A DNA stretch of 27,611 nucleotides from an uncultured Flavobacteriaceae bacterium. Lineage in GTDB: Bacteria > Bacteroidota > Bacteroidia > Flavobacteriales > Flavobacteriaceae. The DNA lies in contig CAYOWM010000001.1 in NCBI GenBank assembly GCA_964407635.1, positions 1-27,611 on the forward strand, in the 5' to 3' direction. Position 1 is the first letter of the stretch. Each line of letters opens with the position of its first letter. The notes under the pieces are model-generated. The model was given only the letters and a program-made list of their open reading frames with translations. It had not been told where the DNA came from and did no database searches. Below, piece by piece: positions 25,899-27,611 of this stretch. Position numbers and translations under genes: made by a program.

Positions 25899-26819
25899 AT
25901 GAAAAACAGATTTTTAAGTAACCATAAGCAAAATAGAAAATTAGTTTCTTTGGTAGAAAATAGAACTATTTATAGTTCAGAATACTCGGAATTGAATATA
26001 TTCGAAACGCATAAAGTTGCAGAAAAAGTGCATCTGAATTTTGATTTTCCTATTATAGCAAGTATGTTAACAGGTAAAAAAGTAATGCATTTAGAAAATA
26101 TGCCTTCCTTTGAATTTTTACCAGGCGAATCGGTAGTAGTACCTTCAAAAAAAGATTTAATTATTGATTTTCCTATTGCAAATCCTAAAAATCCTACGCA
26201 ATGTTTAGCCTTAGCTATTGATCCAGAAAAAATTAAAGAAATTGTATATAAATTTAACGAAGAGGTTGTACTTGACAGAACCGATTCCGATTGGTCTTTA
26301 GATGAGGTTTCTTCACATTTAACCAATCAGCCAGAAGTCAATCATTTAATTAACAGGTTAACCACAACATTTGTTAATGGTGCAAAATCAAAAGATGTTA
26401 TTTTAGATTTAATGATTCAAGAGTTAATCGTGCGATTGTTGCAAACTAAGGCAAAACAGACTTTATTATGTAAAGATATTTTTACCGATACTCGTATAGG
26501 AAGTGTTTTAAAATACATTAAAGATAATTTAACCGAAAAAGATATTACCGTAGATACACTTGCCGAAAAAGCACATATGAGTTCTTCACATTTTTTTAAA
26601 CAATTTAAAAATACCTTAGGTGTTTCACCAATTGATTTTGTAAATTCCGAAAGAATTAAATTCGCAAAAAAATTAATGTCAAATAATCCTAAAGATCGAA
26701 TTTCGGATATTGCATTTAAATCAGGATTTAATAATGTTAGTTATTTTAACAGACAATTTAAAAATCACGAATTGATTATTCCTAGTCAATATAAAAAGAT
26801 AATTAATCAAACGAAATAG
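25899..26819 (+). CDS. AraC-family transcriptional regulator with N-terminal sensing domain
   Basis: C-terminal double HTH: LAEKAHMSSSHFFKQFK...ISDIAFKSGFNNVSYFNRQFK. Divergent from aldB. Confidence 0.92.
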   Translation: MKNRFLSNHKQNRKLVSLVENRTIYSSEYSELNIFETHKVAEKVHLNFDFPIIASMLTGKKVMHLENMPSFEFLPGESVVVPSKKDLIIDFPIANPKNPTQCLALAIDPEKIKEIVYKFNEEVVLDRTDSDWSLDEVSSHLTNQPEVNHLINRLTTTFVNGAKSKDVILDLMIQELIVRLLQTKAKQTLLCKDIFTDTRIGSVLKYIKDNLTEKDITVDTLAEKAHMSSSHFFKQFKNTLGVSPIDFVNSERIKFAKKLMSNNPKDRISDIAFKSGFNNVSYFNRQFKNHELIIPSQYKKIINQTK

Positions 26820-26821
26820 TA

Positions 26822-26853
26822 TATATTTGCCTAAATTATTTTAGATAACTTTG
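26822..26853 (+). promoter_or_regulatory. Two -7 elements (TATATTTG 26822-26829; TAACTTTG 26846-26853) upstream of the hydrolase gene
   Basis: Both are exact TAnnTTTG matches. Confidence 0.45.
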
Positions 26854-26951
26854 GAATTGCTACAAATATTTTTAGATAATTGGCTACTTTTTGTAGTCTT
26901 TTTCTTTGTAGTATTATTAATTGTATTTTTATTTAAACACTGTACCATACC

Positions 26952-27611
26952 ATGAAAAACAGCTTAGTATTTTATAAATATTACCTTAATGTTTTCGCAT
27001 TTTTTTGTTCAAAATGTGCAGGGAAAAGTGCTATAAAATTTTTTCAGAAAGTGCGTTTAAAAGGTACTAAGCGAAAAGAACAAGAATTTTACGATAAGGC
27101 AACTAAAATAAATGTTTTGCATTCTGAAGGTGTTTTAGATGTTTATGAATTAGGAAACCCTAAAGGAAAACTGGTTTTTTTATTGCATGGTTGGGATAGT
27201 AATGCAGGAAGTTTAGGGAAATTTATAAATGCTTTGATAGAAAAAGGTACATATCGTATTATTACTTTTGATTTACCAGCACACCACAAATCTAAAGAAA
27301 AATACACCAATATTTTTGTTTGTAAAAATGCTTTTATATCTTTATTGAATTATGTAAAACCGCAAGAACCATTTTCGGTAATTTCACATTCTTTTGGTTC
27401 GGCAATTACAGCATTTGCTTTAGCAGAAACAAATTATAAAGCCGATAAAATAGTATTTTTAAGTGCAAATAATGTTATAGAAGAGGTCTTTAGATTTTTT
27501 CAGCGATTTGTTGGATTTAACGAAACAGTTTATAAAAATGTAAAATACCATGCAAATAATATTATTGGCGAACCATTAGAAAATTTGATTGTTAGCGATC
27601 GTTTATTAAAA
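26952..27611 (+). CDS. Alpha/beta hydrolase (partial, runs off the window end)
   Basis: Manual translation from the ATG at 26952: MKNSLVFYKYY...VFLLHGWDSNAGS...TFDLPAHH...VISHSFGSA (nucleophile elbow S-H-S-F-G); open to the end of the window. Not in the ORF track. Confidence 0.85.
   Translation, partial: MKNSLVFYKYYLNVFAFFCSKCAGKSAIKFFQKVRLKGTKRKEQEFYDKATKINVLHSEGVLDVYELGNPKGKLVFLLHGWDSNAGSLGKFINALIEKGTYRIITFDLPAHHKSKEKYTNIFVCKNAFISLLNYVKPQEPFSVISHSFGSAITAFALAETNYKADKIVFLSANNVIEEVFRFFQRFVGFNETVYKNVKYHANNIIGEPLENLIVSDRLLK

Noticed and set aside
1-27611. CRISPR arrays, tRNA/rRNA genes, IS elements, integrase, prophage or anti-phage defence genes
   Set aside because: I saw no regularly spaced repeats, cloverleaf or rRNA signatures, transposase or recombinase motifs, or defence-family motifs. 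The ParD-like gene has no toxin partner, so no TA system is called.

Overview
AT-rich (~30% GC) chromosomal window from a Bacteroidota genome, most likely Flavobacteriaceae. This is inferred from recurrent TAnnTTTG (-7) promoter motifs, type IX secretion (T9SS) C-terminal sorting domains and gene content. Most of it is housekeeping: the 3' end of a T9SS cargo gene; a small surface-glycan cluster (GNAT-like protein, GT4, Wzx flippase, AsnB-type amidotransferase); truA, a conserved hypothetical, moeA and moaC; sucA and sucB; nth and bcp; a DUF3995-like membrane protein; a T9SS-secreted multicopper oxidase; an orphan ParD-like RHH protein; a putative porin; fabH; a low-GC lipoprotein; a metallophosphoesterase; an aldehyde dehydrogenase-DUF779-acs cluster with a divergent AraC regulator; and a truncated alpha/beta hydrolase at the right edge. 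I saw no CRISPR array, tRNA, rRNA, transposase or integrase. The most interesting signals are non-coding. (1) Degenerate attC-like hairpin or end motifs flank two small accessory genes (DUF3995-like and the lipoprotein), which suggests dispersed single-gene cassettes. (2) A ~90-nt promoter-hairpin-terminator unit lies in front of the aldehyde dehydrogenase operon and is a candidate sRNA or attenuator. Also notable are a highly basic orphan ParD-like protein, a cysteine-free endonuclease III and an exported multicopper oxidase. All family assignments come from motif recognition, not database searches.
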